Of a stretch of DNA of 64,000 nt, positions 1 to 9,551 are shown one piece after another. This DNA is from a virus (taxonomy: Duplodnaviria > Heunggongvirae > Uroviricota > Caudoviricetes). Location: IMG/VR virus record IMGVR_UViG_3300044984_003074. One strand, given 5' to 3'. Position numbers and translations under genes: made by a program. Position 1 is the stretch's first letter. Each line of letters begins with the position of its first letter. The notes below the pieces were generated by a model. The model did no database searches. It was not told where the DNA came from and saw only the letters and a list, made by a program, of their open reading frames with translations.

Positions 1-1669
1 TTGTTGGAGTTAATTGTAAAGGTACGTACGGTGCGTAGATGTAACCTGTGTCTAACAATGATGTTCCTTTGTGACCCAATAACACTTGGTTTGGTGGGAA
101 ATAAGGGTCTCTGTACACTTGGTAACGACCTGCTAAAGTACCTACTCTTTCAATACCCATGTTGTATTGGTCTTGCTCAGGAGAAGCGTTTGATACGTGG
201 AAGTATTCTAAATCGTCAAAGATAGCTGAGATTTCAGAAGAAACAACAATCCAGTTAGCTCCACCTCTTAATGTAGATTTGTGGATTTGAGCTGAGATTT
301 GGTTAATCGCTGTGATAAGCGTTTGGTTCCAGTCTTTTTGAGTATAAGGAACTGCAGAAGAACCTAAACGTTTCCAACCATTGTAATCCCAACGTAAGTT
401 CCATGCTGCACCTTTACGTAAATCTCTTAAGATTTCACGGTCGATTTCAGCTGCAACTTGTTCAGATAATAAAGCCGTTAATTCAGCTTCAGCATCAATG
501 TTGTGGAATGCCGCAACGTCTTGTGCCATTTCTGGAGACCATTGTGCTCTTAATTTTCTTTCTGTTACAGAAACTGTAACTGACATAAGGTCGAAAGATA
601 CCTCACCGATTCTATCTTCAAACTCTAAGTTTTTGTAGATTCTATATTTAGCAGTGAACGCACTATCTAAAGCTGTTGTAGATGAGAAAGTTGAACCTGT
701 ATAACCGTCCATTGAACCACCACAAGTGATACAAACCGGTACTTGTAAATCAACCTCTAAGTAAATTTTACCTTGAGCATCACATAAGTTGTCATATTGA
801 CCACCATCAGTTTTACTGTTAGGGAATACTAAAGTTGAGTTATTGTTACCATATTGAACAATACCTTTACCATATCTTTGAGTTACAACTCTAAATAAGT
901 AAGGGTTATTAACATTTGCTGCTGTTGTAGGGTTACCCGCAACACCATAAACTGTTAAATCAGATAAGAACGCTTCGTTATCCATCGGTTGACCGTCAGG
1001 ACCGATTAATTTACCTGCTCCATCAGATGCAAAACCTGACATTACAATAAGAACTTTTCTATAGTTATCTTCACTATAACCTGAAGGAACTAATTGGTCC
1101 GCTAACCATGATACAGTAGTAACCGTAGCTGTGATTGCAGAAAATTGTCCTTTTGAATAGTCAAATAAACCTGGTGGGTCTAAAGCTGGTTCATTACCTT
1201 CGTAGAATCTATCATAAAGGTCTTTAGTGTTGTTATAGTCATAACCACTGTTTGGTGTTTGTGCGTCAGACGCGTTTGGTGAACCATACGGTGCGTAGTG
1301 GATACCTGTGTTTGCGTTTGATTCATCAGTGTATGCTTGAATATTTGGTACGAAGTAGAATAATTTACCGATTGGTAAGTTCATAGCTTGTACTGAAACG
1401 ATGTCATTTGACAAAAGTTTAGAGAATACTCTTCTAACGATTGGGAAAACCACAGTTTCAAATGCACCTGTATCAGATGTAGATGATGCTTCGTTAATTA
1501 AATACGATGCTTGGTTTTCGTAAAGTTGTGCTACGTTTTCTCTCATGTGACCTTTAAGACCCTCTAAGAATCCTAATTTGTCCCATTTGTTGATTGTGTC
1601 TTCTTTGATAACTTTAAGGTGTTTTAACCCGATGTTACCAACTAGACCTGATTCTAATAATGCTCCCAT
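1..1669 (-). CDS. major capsid protein, T4 gp23-like (5' partial; ORF runs off left edge; not in ORF track)
   Basis: Manual translation from ATG (complement of 1667-1669) gives MGALLESGLVGNIGLKHL...TVSVTERKLRAQWSPEMAQDVAAFHNIDAEAELTA...RGGANWIVVSSEIS with no stop down to position 1; gene order after portal/protease/scaffold matches T4 20-21-22-23. Confidence 0.65.
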   Translation of the reverse strand, partial: MGALLESGLVGNIGLKHLKVIKEDTINKWDKLGFLEGLKGHMRENVAQLYENQASYLINEASSTSDTGAFETVVFPIVRRVFSKLLSNDIVSVQAMNLPIGKLFYFVPNIQAYTDESNANTGIHYAPYGSPNASDAQTPNSGYDYNNTKDLYDRFYEGNEPALDPPGLFDYSKGQFSAITATVTTVSWLADQLVPSGYSEDNYRKVLIVMSGFASDGAGKLIGPDGQPMDNEAFLSDLTVYGVAGNPTTAANVNNPYLFRVVTQRYGKGIVQYGNNNSTLVFPNSKTDGGQYDNLCDAQGKIYLEVDLQVPVCITCGGSMDGYTGSTFSSTTALDSAFTAKYRIYKNLEFEDRIGEVSFDLMSVTVSVTERKLRAQWSPEMAQDVAAFHNIDAEAELTALLSEQVAAEIDREILRDLRKGAAWNLRWDYNGWKRLGSSAVPYTQKDWNQTLITAINQISAQIHKSTLRGGANWIVVSSEISAIFDDLEYFHVSNASPEQDQYNMGIERVGTLAGRYQVYRDPYFPPNQVLLGHKGTSLLDTGYIYAPYVPLQLTPT

Positions 1670-1707
1670 TTTTTTGGTTTTTATTAATTTTATTTATTTT
1701 TATTTTT

Positions 1708-3312
1708 TTACCCTAATTTACTCATCAAATCCTTCATTCTCATGAATTGAGGATTTTCGTAAGTTTTAGATTCAATTAGTGTAGATGATGAACCTGAAGA
1801 AACTTGTTTTGTTAATCTTGTTTCTACTGATTCATTAATTGATTTTGTATCTGGTTTAGATAACTCACCTTTAATTGACTGATAAAGATTTTTAGATTCT
1901 TTTAAAGTTTCAACATCGTCAAATCTTCTTAAGATATTTATTTTCTCTTTTTTAGTAGTCGAATGTTCAGTGAACAATCTAGTCGCATACGCTAAGTTTG
2001 AATTGAAGATTGCAACTTCGTTAAGTTTTTCTCTGAAAATATTTAACGCTTTTCTGTATTCTTCATTTTTCTCTCTCAACATATTAACTTCTTGTTGAGT
2101 AGATTCTACTTTTACTCCACTATTACCATAAACATAATTTCTGTTATTAGTAATACCTTTTCTAAGTCCTCTACCTTCTTTGGAACCCATTCCATAAGTT
2201 CTAGCAGCTTCTTTAGTTTCTCTCTTTTCAAAACCTGCGTCATCTCTACGAGCTTTAGTCGTTTTAAGGTCTTTTGAAGCAATTTTACCATGTTTCATTG
2301 CTAACCTTTCATCTTCTTTGTCTTTGTATCCTTGACCTTCTTTTGTTTCTGCCTTAACAACTTTGGATTTTCCTTCCATATTTGCTCCCGCTTTGTATTC
2401 AAATTTTGCTTTACCAGTACCCACTGATTTAGGACCTTGTTTTTTGTCCTCTTTAAATCCACCCGCAGCTTTATCTTTGTAAGTGAATTTAGGTCCTGAG
2501 CCAATTCCAACACCTTTAGGTTTAATTGTTGATTTTGCTTCTCTAACAGTTTTTCTTCGGTTGTAAGATTCGCCCAAATCTTCGTCTTCGTCTTCTTCGT
2601 CTAACATATCGTCATCCTCTTCGTCTAACATATCGTCATCCTCTTCGTCTAACATATCGTCATCCTCTTCGTCTAACATATCGTCATCCTCTTCGTCTAA
2701 CATATCGTCATCCTCTTCAAATTCGATTTCGTACATAACTTCTTCGTCGTCTTGGTCTACTTCAATATCTGAAGCGTCACCGTCTTTAGAAAAGATTGCG
2801 TTAATTACATCTTCTGTATCAACATCGTGTTCTTCATCCATATCTCCATCCATATCTTCGTAATATTCTTCTTCAGATTCACCAAGCTTAACTAGATATT
2901 CTTCATCAGAGTCATTGTCAGTTAAGTGAATATCGTTACCATCTTTTTTTACTATGATGCCATCTTCTTCACCCATTGCTTTAAACACCTTAAGAATTTC
3001 TTCGTCAGAAGCGTCAGTTAAGTCTATCGGACTTTCTTCAGAATCAGTATCCATGTCAAAATCCATGTCTACGTCATCATCTTCATAATCAGTATCAATG
3101 TCAACGTCAACATCTTCCATGTCGTCGTCATCCATATCAACATCTAATTCAACCTCATCATCATCTTGTTCAGATAAAGATTCTTTTACTAACTGATTGA
3201 TTTCTTCCTTCATAGTTGAAGCAAGTATTCCTTTTGCATTTTCGGCTATCGCTTCTTCAACTTGTCTCATTTGAATAAGTGCCTCTTGTACTAATTTGTT
3301 ATTTTCTTGCAT
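1708..3312 (-). CDS. prohead scaffold/core protein (gp22-like), highly acidic with 6x DDDMLDEE tandem repeat
   Basis: 534 aa, >35% D/E, coiled-coil N-terminus, position between protease and capsid genes; repeat visible at nt ~2575-2715. Confidence 0.45.
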   Translation of the reverse strand: MQENNKLVQEALIQMRQVEEAIAENAKGILASTMKEEINQLVKESLSEQDDDEVELDVDMDDDDMEDVDVDIDTDYEDDDVDMDFDMDTDSEESPIDLTDASDEEILKVFKAMGEEDGIIVKKDGNDIHLTDNDSDEEYLVKLGESEEEYYEDMDGDMDEEHDVDTEDVINAIFSKDGDASDIEVDQDDEEVMYEIEFEEDDDMLDEEDDDMLDEEDDDMLDEEDDDMLDEEDDDMLDEEDEDEDLGESYNRRKTVREAKSTIKPKGVGIGSGPKFTYKDKAAGGFKEDKKQGPKSVGTGKAKFEYKAGANMEGKSKVVKAETKEGQGYKDKEDERLAMKHGKIASKDLKTTKARRDDAGFEKRETKEAARTYGMGSKEGRGLRKGITNNRNYVYGNSGVKVESTQQEVNMLREKNEEYRKALNIFREKLNEVAIFNSNLAYATRLFTEHSTTKKEKINILRRFDDVETLKESKNLYQSIKGELSKPDTKSINESVETRLTKQVSSGSSSTLIESKTYENPQFMRMKDLMSKLG

Positions 3313-3417
3313 GAAAAATTAATTATTTATAACTTATAAATAGTTCCAATATGATAAAAATTCAATTTGACCATATTGTAAACAAAGTTTATTTTATTAC
3401 ATAAATATTACCTAAAC

Positions 3418-3452
3418 AAAAAAAGTGGCCCTAAGACCACTTTTTTATTTTT
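3418..3452. terminator. bidirectional rho-independent terminator hairpin (AGTGGCCCTAAGACCACT) with T-runs on both strands
   Basis: stem 3424-3428/3437-3441, flanked by A-run and T-run. Confidence 0.5.
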
Positions 3453-3689
3453 TAAATTGTTAATTAATTACTCAATAACTTCGTCAATTTTACTTTCCGA
3501 TACTGCCGTTATTCTCCACTCATGAGTAAACCCCTCATATTTTTTTGTAACTTTTGCCTCAACATCTGTTACAGAATAACCTTTAACTAACTTCTCTTCT
3601 CTGATTTTTCTAATCTTACCTGTATTCTCATCAGGTAAATCATACTGAATTTTTGCAACAAAATACTTTTCTTCCATGTTTGTGTTTTT

Positions 3690-4406
3690 TTATTTTCCTA
3701 AAAAATCGTTTAATTTTCTCATTAAGTCAACTTCTTTTTCAACAACTCCATTATTTTGTTTGTATTTTTTTTCTTCGTCTAAATTTTCTTCGTACTTATC
3801 TCTATCTTCAGCATTTGAAAATAAGTAAGCTCCTGGTGTTGATGGAGATGACACTAAGTCAAAACAGATTAATTCAAAATCATCTTGTACTTCATTTCTT
3901 TCCCCAACTTTTTTAAGTGAACCAACCCCACGAGATGAAATCCCTAAAGTAACTCCTTGTCTCATTAAGTTTGCTGCTTGGTCTCCTTTAGTTGAAACAA
4001 TCCCTCTTTCGTGAAACCCTGGTGAAGTTAATAATTTTAACTTACCCATTAAAATATTTTTATCCCACCATATATCAGTAATGATGTGGGCTACTCTATC
4101 TAAATCAATAAGAGATGATTCAGGGTGATTTAATTCAGAAGTTGATAACCCTTTAGCAATTGTTTGTTTGTAGTTATCTGCTTCTCTTTTAAGGATTCTT
4201 TCAGGGTATGACCTACCATTTCTGTTTGGTGTATCATATTTTTGTAGTACTGCATAAAATTCAAATGGGTTTCTATAATCCATTTCTTTAGCTTCTTTCA
4301 AAACAATCTCATTGTGTTTCTCTTTAGGGGAAACCCAACCCGCATCTGTTTCAATTAAAATTCCGTGACCAGTCTCACTTGCCTCTAATATTCTTAACTT
4401 TTTCAT
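3690..4406 (-). CDS. prohead core protease (T4 gp21 / S77 family-like)
   Basis: 238 aa; motifs NRNGRSYP, SELNHP, GISSRGVGS typical of gp21-type prohead proteases; gene order. Confidence 0.6.
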   Translation of the reverse strand: MKKLRILEASETGHGILIETDAGWVSPKEKHNEIVLKEAKEMDYRNPFEFYAVLQKYDTPNRNGRSYPERILKREADNYKQTIAKGLSTSELNHPESSLIDLDRVAHIITDIWWDKNILMGKLKLLTSPGFHERGIVSTKGDQAANLMRQGVTLGISSRGVGSLKKVGERNEVQDDFELICFDLVSSPSTPGAYLFSNAEDRDKYEENLDEEKKYKQNNGVVEKEVDLMRKLNDFLGK

Positions 4407-4445
4407 TTAATCTTTTATGATAAATATGCGGTAATCAATAGTTTA

Positions 4446-4883
4446 TTATTCATTAGTTTTTTTTGATGTTGAAAAATCAAAATATTTGTTTTGTAGTATG
4501 TTGTTTCTGAATACTGATTTTACAATTATTTTAATTGAATCTTTAATTTCAATTGATTTAAAATCTAATTCAGAGTTTGTGTATAGGTTGATTTCTAAAT
4601 TAAAAAAAGATTTTTTTCCGTGAGATATTCCACTAGTTCTAAGGTCTAAATCCACAATACTTTTATCTTGAAATAATTTAGTGTTTATTGAGTCATAGAC
4701 AGAATGTTTTATTTCTCTTCCTAAATTAGAAACAATTCGGTTCCAATTATCATAATCTTCTTTTGGGGTTACCCATGATTGTATGTTTATGTAAACAGAT
4801 TTTAGATTTTTAGAATCTACTGTACCGTAGACGGATTTAATTGGATTGTATAAATTTAACTTTACACTTTTTCCCTTTTTCAT
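4446..4883 (-). CDS. hypothetical protein (position of gp68-like prohead core protein)
   Basis: ORF 145 aa between portal and protease. Confidence 0.3.
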   Translation of the reverse strand: MKKGKSVKLNLYNPIKSVYGTVDSKNLKSVYINIQSWVTPKEDYDNWNRIVSNLGREIKHSVYDSINTKLFQDKSIVDLDLRTSGISHGKKSFFNLEINLYTNSELDFKSIEIKDSIKIIVKSVFRNNILQNKYFDFSTSKKTNE

Positions 4884-5166
4884 TAATTTTCATTATTATA
4901 TGTGTTTATGTTCTACAAAAAAATAAGACATATATCTCAAATTGTCAAAATTTTTTTAAAACAACAAGATATTTGTATATTATATGATAATAGTAAAAAT
5001 TAATAGTGGGGATAATATTGAAAGAGCTTTAAAGACTCTTAAGTCCAAAGTCATTAAGACAAAACAAAACCAAAAATTAAATCTGAGAAAAGAGTATACA
5101 AAAAAATCTGTACTTAAAAGAGCACAGATTTTAAAGGCAAAATATATTCAAAGTAAAAAAGATAAT

Positions 5167-5880
5167 TTAGATTGATGATTCAAGATTTTTTAATCTTAAA
5201 AAATTCATTTGGTCAAACTTTTCGTCTTTTAATTTATTAATTGTTTCAGAAATTCTTGTTTTAATTTCATTTTCTTCTTCTTTTTCTAATAATGTTTGAA
5301 GTTTAGAAATCGCACTTTCACGAATAACTTCAAACTTATCTTCCAAAACTTTAGTGTCTTCAGAAACAAGTTGTATAAATTCTTTTTTAGAATTTTCATC
5401 TAAGTTATCCAAATAATTTCTTAATGTTTGGTTAGCGATACTAACCATAGATTTTATGGGAATATTAATGGATTCTTTAACCGTATTAGGTTTAGAGGTA
5501 AGGATAGAAACTATATTTTTTTTAGATTCAATTCTTTCTATTAAGTTTAACTTTTGAGTATAAACTAATGTATCAATATCGTTATAACGGTTTTTAACCG
5601 ATTCTGATATTGTTCTTGGTAATTTAATTGACGGTAAAACTTTTTGTAATAAAGAAATTCCTTCATCCAAAAATTCTTTGGCATCAGACTCACTTAACCC
5701 TTGAGGTGTACTCAATTGGTTGTATAGGTCATAAGCTTTTGACATAGATTTATTACTCAAAACATTATGTTTGAATTCTCTCAATGTCTTCTTGAAATCC
5801 TTCTCATTTTTGTAGGATTCTAGCAGATTATTCTCAATAAAGGATTTAATTTTTCCAAAAGTCATTTTACTCATTTTCAA
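5167..5880 (-). CDS. hypothetical protein (possible prohead core/scaffold accessory)
   Basis: ORF 237 aa, coiled-coil-rich, immediately downstream of portal. Confidence 0.3.
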   Translation of the reverse strand: MKMSKMTFGKIKSFIENNLLESYKNEKDFKKTLREFKHNVLSNKSMSKAYDLYNQLSTPQGLSESDAKEFLDEGISLLQKVLPSIKLPRTISESVKNRYNDIDTLVYTQKLNLIERIESKKNIVSILTSKPNTVKESINIPIKSMVSIANQTLRNYLDNLDENSKKEFIQLVSEDTKVLEDKFEVIRESAISKLQTLLEKEEENEIKTRISETINKLKDEKFDQMNFLRLKNLESSI

Positions 5881-5887
5881 ATAAATA

Positions 5888-7744
5888 TTACGAATTTAAT
5901 AACTTATCAAGTTCTTTTGAAATTTCTCCTAAAGAATCTTGTCCATGACCTAAGTTTATCATAGAAGACCCCTCAATTAAATTGTTTTCTATCAAAATAT
6001 TTAAGTCTTTTTTCTTAGATTCGGGAGCTAATTCAGGCTCCCCTCCCGGTGGAGCTTCTCCTGCCGGTGGTGCTTCAGCTCCAAGGTCAGGTAATTCCTC
6101 TCCTCCCCCAAATGATGGTGGTGAACTTAATTCTTCAGTTCCTCCTGGTGTTGTTTCTGCACCTACTGCTGGTGTTGCACCTGTTGCACTTCCGTATAAT
6201 TTGTCTATGTTATCAAATAATCCTGTTTTAGTAATAACTGTTGCAGTCGCTTTAAGTTCTTCCCCAACTGCTCTTTCAATTCTTTGTTGTTGTAAATCTA
6301 AACGAACTTCTTCATCTGACCATCCAAAAATATGTTTCTTAGCCCATGTAGATGAGGTTGCTTGAATACCATTTCCTGGGTCTGATACTAAGTCTTTGTA
6401 TAATAATACCTTTTCTTTCCAAACATCAATTTTTAATAAATCCGCTTGAGTAGATGGATTTGTAAGACCAATAGTAAAGTTTGAAAGTTCATCTTCAAAT
6501 CCTAATAGGAATAAATGAACAATAGCAATTTTATTTAACTCGGCTAACATACTCTTTTGGATTCTGTTAATTGTACGTGCGAATCTAATGTCTTGTAATG
6601 CCAAGTTTTTACCATCACCAACAACTTCTTCAAAACCTAAAAATGCTTTAGGTACACGAAGAGCGGTTAATAATTTCTTTTGGATATATTCAATATCAGC
6701 AATCTCTGATAAGTTAGTTGCACCAGGTAAAGTAGTAATTGGGTCAGGAGCTGATGGGTCTCTAACAGGGATAAAATAATCTTGGTCAACCGCCATTTGG
6801 TTAAACCTCATATCGACATTACCTGTATTTTTGTCAACAATTTGTTCTCTTTTAAATTTGTTTGCAACACGGTTTACGTATGCCTCAACATCATCATCAT
6901 TCATATTACCCACAAAGACTTTGAACATTCTTCTCTCAGGAGCTCTTGATGTACGATAAATTAACATCGCATCTTCTGATAGTAATAATTGTTTCCAAAT
7001 TCTTCTTGCTTTTTCTAACATTGAAGTTCCGTAAGGAAGTTTTCTATCGTCACCTAATAATCTAAAGTGAGCAATCTCCCATGATTGAAATTCCATATTT
7101 TTATTCTTCCAAGTAAAATGAAGGGATTTTTTGTCTTTCTCTAATTCTTGTGTTATATCAACTGATATTTTTGCACTAACCCCAACCTCATGTCTTTCAA
7201 TTTCTATTGTTGGTAGTTGTTGTACCCCAACAATACCTTTTTCAGGGTCTAATTTTAAGTAAACAAAGTTATCACCATACTTACAAGTGTTTCTTGTCCA
7301 CATTGGTAAGTTGGTATTAATATCTAAAGCATTGTTAAATAAATCGGCAAGTACTCCTTTAATTCTTTTTGATTCAGAATAAATTTGTAAGATGAATCCA
7401 TCTTCATTTGTTGTTGTAGATTCTTCGGCGTATATGTCTAAGGCTGCTGAAATCTCAGGAGTGTATTCCATTGATTCATAATCATATTGTGCAGACAGTC
7501 TTGATGGTTCATAATATATTGCTTGTGAGTAAAGGTTATTTTCAACCTTAGCCCATTGGTTTGTTAAGTAAAAAGTTTGTTGTGCTTGTAATTTTTCTTT
7601 CTCGTATTCTTCTCTACTTTTTGTGCGTAAAAGTTCCTTCTTATCAAATGTGAAAGTAGGGTAATCTTGTCCTAAAAGTGAATTAGGTCCAAATGTTTGT
7701 GATAGTCTTTGCCAAACCGTCAGATTATTATTGTTTTCTGCCAT
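5888..7744 (-). CDS. portal vertex protein (T4 gp20-like)
   Basis: 618 aa; conserved portal-like blocks (DIYAEE, MLEKARRIWKQL, AKKHIFGWSDEEV); follows terminase. Confidence 0.65.
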   Translation of the reverse strand: MAENNNNLTVWQRLSQTFGPNSLLGQDYPTFTFDKKELLRTKSREEYEKEKLQAQQTFYLTNQWAKVENNLYSQAIYYEPSRLSAQYDYESMEYTPEISAALDIYAEESTTTNEDGFILQIYSESKRIKGVLADLFNNALDINTNLPMWTRNTCKYGDNFVYLKLDPEKGIVGVQQLPTIEIERHEVGVSAKISVDITQELEKDKKSLHFTWKNKNMEFQSWEIAHFRLLGDDRKLPYGTSMLEKARRIWKQLLLSEDAMLIYRTSRAPERRMFKVFVGNMNDDDVEAYVNRVANKFKREQIVDKNTGNVDMRFNQMAVDQDYFIPVRDPSAPDPITTLPGATNLSEIADIEYIQKKLLTALRVPKAFLGFEEVVGDGKNLALQDIRFARTINRIQKSMLAELNKIAIVHLFLLGFEDELSNFTIGLTNPSTQADLLKIDVWKEKVLLYKDLVSDPGNGIQATSSTWAKKHIFGWSDEEVRLDLQQQRIERAVGEELKATATVITKTGLFDNIDKLYGSATGATPAVGAETTPGGTEELSSPPSFGGGEELPDLGAEAPPAGEAPPGGEPELAPESKKKDLNILIENNLIEGSSMINLGHGQDSLGEISKELDKLLNS

Positions 7745-7781
7745 AATGTAAATTTACTTATTACTCTGATAATATAAATAC

Positions 7782-9542
7782 TTATCGTGAATGAAATAAC
7801 CAAGAGTATTTTTCATAGTCGGCTCGGGATGGACCTTGATTTATTGGGAATTGTCTTCCCATTTGAGGAACAAGTGGATTAAAATATTCTGATGTGTTTT
7901 TATTCTCATTCATAACACTTGACCATGAATTTAACATCGCTTTGGTATGGTTCACAACCTTTTCTAAAGATTGGAAAGATTTCTCCGCAACGTATATTGC
8001 CATAGAAATACTCATGATACAATCATCATGATGATTTTTTTGGTGGTCAGGTCTACCATTAATGTAAACAAACGTATTCATCTCGTTATAAAGTCTACTT
8101 GAATAAATTCTAAATTTATGTCTCATAGATTCTTCAAACGATGCGATAATTTGAACCCTTTTATTGTTAAAGTTAATACCAGGTATCTTCTCATTCATCT
8201 TAGGGTCAAACTTCCATTTGTTTGTTGTATCGACGTTATCAACGTACATTCCTGCCTGATAACCCATCTCTTGCATTTTTCTAGCTGTTGCAACTCCCAT
8301 ACCTCCTGTTAAATCAACTACACAATAAGCATTGTACATTGTACCCCATTTATAAGCAATTTCCGCCAAAATATCTGGTGGTATTTTTCCAACATATTCT
8401 AAAACTTGTTCTCTTGCATCAAAATCAATAATTTGAATACAAGAAAAATCCTCAGAATCTCCACGAGATACATCAACACCCATAACATATTTATGACCAT
8501 TAACAGGTTCTTTCCAAATCCAAAGTCCACCACCCATCATTTTTGCAATTGGGTCTTTAACTTGGTTTTTAGATATGTCTGTCATCATTTCAGAATCAAA
8601 TACATTATCCCCTGAACCCAAAAAGTTACATTCTAACTCTTGAGCAACCTTACGTCTATCGTATTTTAATTTTTTAACCATTCCTTCAAACCAAGCAGAA
8701 CATGGTTTGTATCCTTGCTCAACATAATCGGTTACTATTGAATGGTCCCTCTCGTATGGATTACTCATTGATAAATCAATGATTACCTCATCAAGGTTAT
8801 ATTCTTCTCTATTCAATAAAAAATGGACTAAATCGTTTGTTTTGACCATATACAAATCTTTTGTATATCTTGGGTCACGGTACCAAAACATTTCAGTAAT
8901 TTTGAAATCATTCATTCCTCTCAATGATTGGTCATAGATTTCATAATAAATTGGGTCATATCCGTTTGGGGTGGATACTACAATTACCTTACCCCCTGTG
9001 GATAAGGATGCCATACAAGCCGCCCAAAAATCTCCGTCAGCTTCAATATACGCAGCCTCATCAAATATTAGAATGGTTGGGGTATAACCCCTCAAGGCAT
9101 CTCGGGATGTTGCAACGGCTTTAACCTCACAACCATTTGTTAATTTAAAATGTCGTTGAGCATTTTTTTCCTGAGAAAATCCAACTCCAACCCAAGCAGG
9201 CCATTGTTCAGTAAATCCTCTAACCTTATTTGCCATCTCCATAGCAGTATCTAATTTGTTGGCAATGATTAGAATTTTTTCAGGTTTGGTTTTTTTGGCA
9301 AAAGCTAGTTTTTTTGATGCCCAAGCGGCAGTAACTGTTGAAACCCCTGCCTGTCGGTACTTTAAGGCAACATTTTCATTGTGGTTATCGTAATCTTCTA
9401 TAAGGGTTACTTGGTCTGGAAATAAGTCTAACGGAACGTATTTGGATACGGTGTTATCGTAAGTCTGTAAATAAGTACGAAGTGCATAAGGAGTATTCCT
9501 CAAACACTTCGTTACTTCTATCATTAATTGTTCTTTAGTCAC
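7782..9542 (-). CDS. terminase large subunit (T4 gp17-like ATPase + nuclease)
   Basis: 586 aa; Walker A-like YRQAGVST, Walker B ILIFDEAAY, coupling VIVVSTPNG, RNaseH-like nuclease MGVDVSRGDSEDFS ... HQKNHHDDCIMS. Confidence 0.8.
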   Translation of the reverse strand: MTKEQLMIEVTKCLRNTPYALRTYLQTYDNTVSKYVPLDLFPDQVTLIEDYDNHNENVALKYRQAGVSTVTAAWASKKLAFAKKTKPEKILIIANKLDTAMEMANKVRGFTEQWPAWVGVGFSQEKNAQRHFKLTNGCEVKAVATSRDALRGYTPTILIFDEAAYIEADGDFWAACMASLSTGGKVIVVSTPNGYDPIYYEIYDQSLRGMNDFKITEMFWYRDPRYTKDLYMVKTNDLVHFLLNREEYNLDEVIIDLSMSNPYERDHSIVTDYVEQGYKPCSAWFEGMVKKLKYDRRKVAQELECNFLGSGDNVFDSEMMTDISKNQVKDPIAKMMGGGLWIWKEPVNGHKYVMGVDVSRGDSEDFSCIQIIDFDAREQVLEYVGKIPPDILAEIAYKWGTMYNAYCVVDLTGGMGVATARKMQEMGYQAGMYVDNVDTTNKWKFDPKMNEKIPGINFNNKRVQIIASFEESMRHKFRIYSSRLYNEMNTFVYINGRPDHQKNHHDDCIMSISMAIYVAEKSFQSLEKVVNHTKAMLNSWSSVMNENKNTSEYFNPLVPQMGRQFPINQGPSRADYEKYSWLFHSR

Positions 9543-9551
9543 AATGTGGTG

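Noticed and set aside
1-225. Plus-strand ORF of 74 aa at left edge
   Set aside because: Lies entirely inside, and antisense to, the much longer gp23-like capsid gene on the minus strand.
5982-6365. Plus-strand ORFs (127 aa, 60 aa) inside the portal gene
   Set aside because: Antisense to a well-supported portal CDS. Pro/Gly-rich translation reflects complement of the portal's acidic C-terminus.
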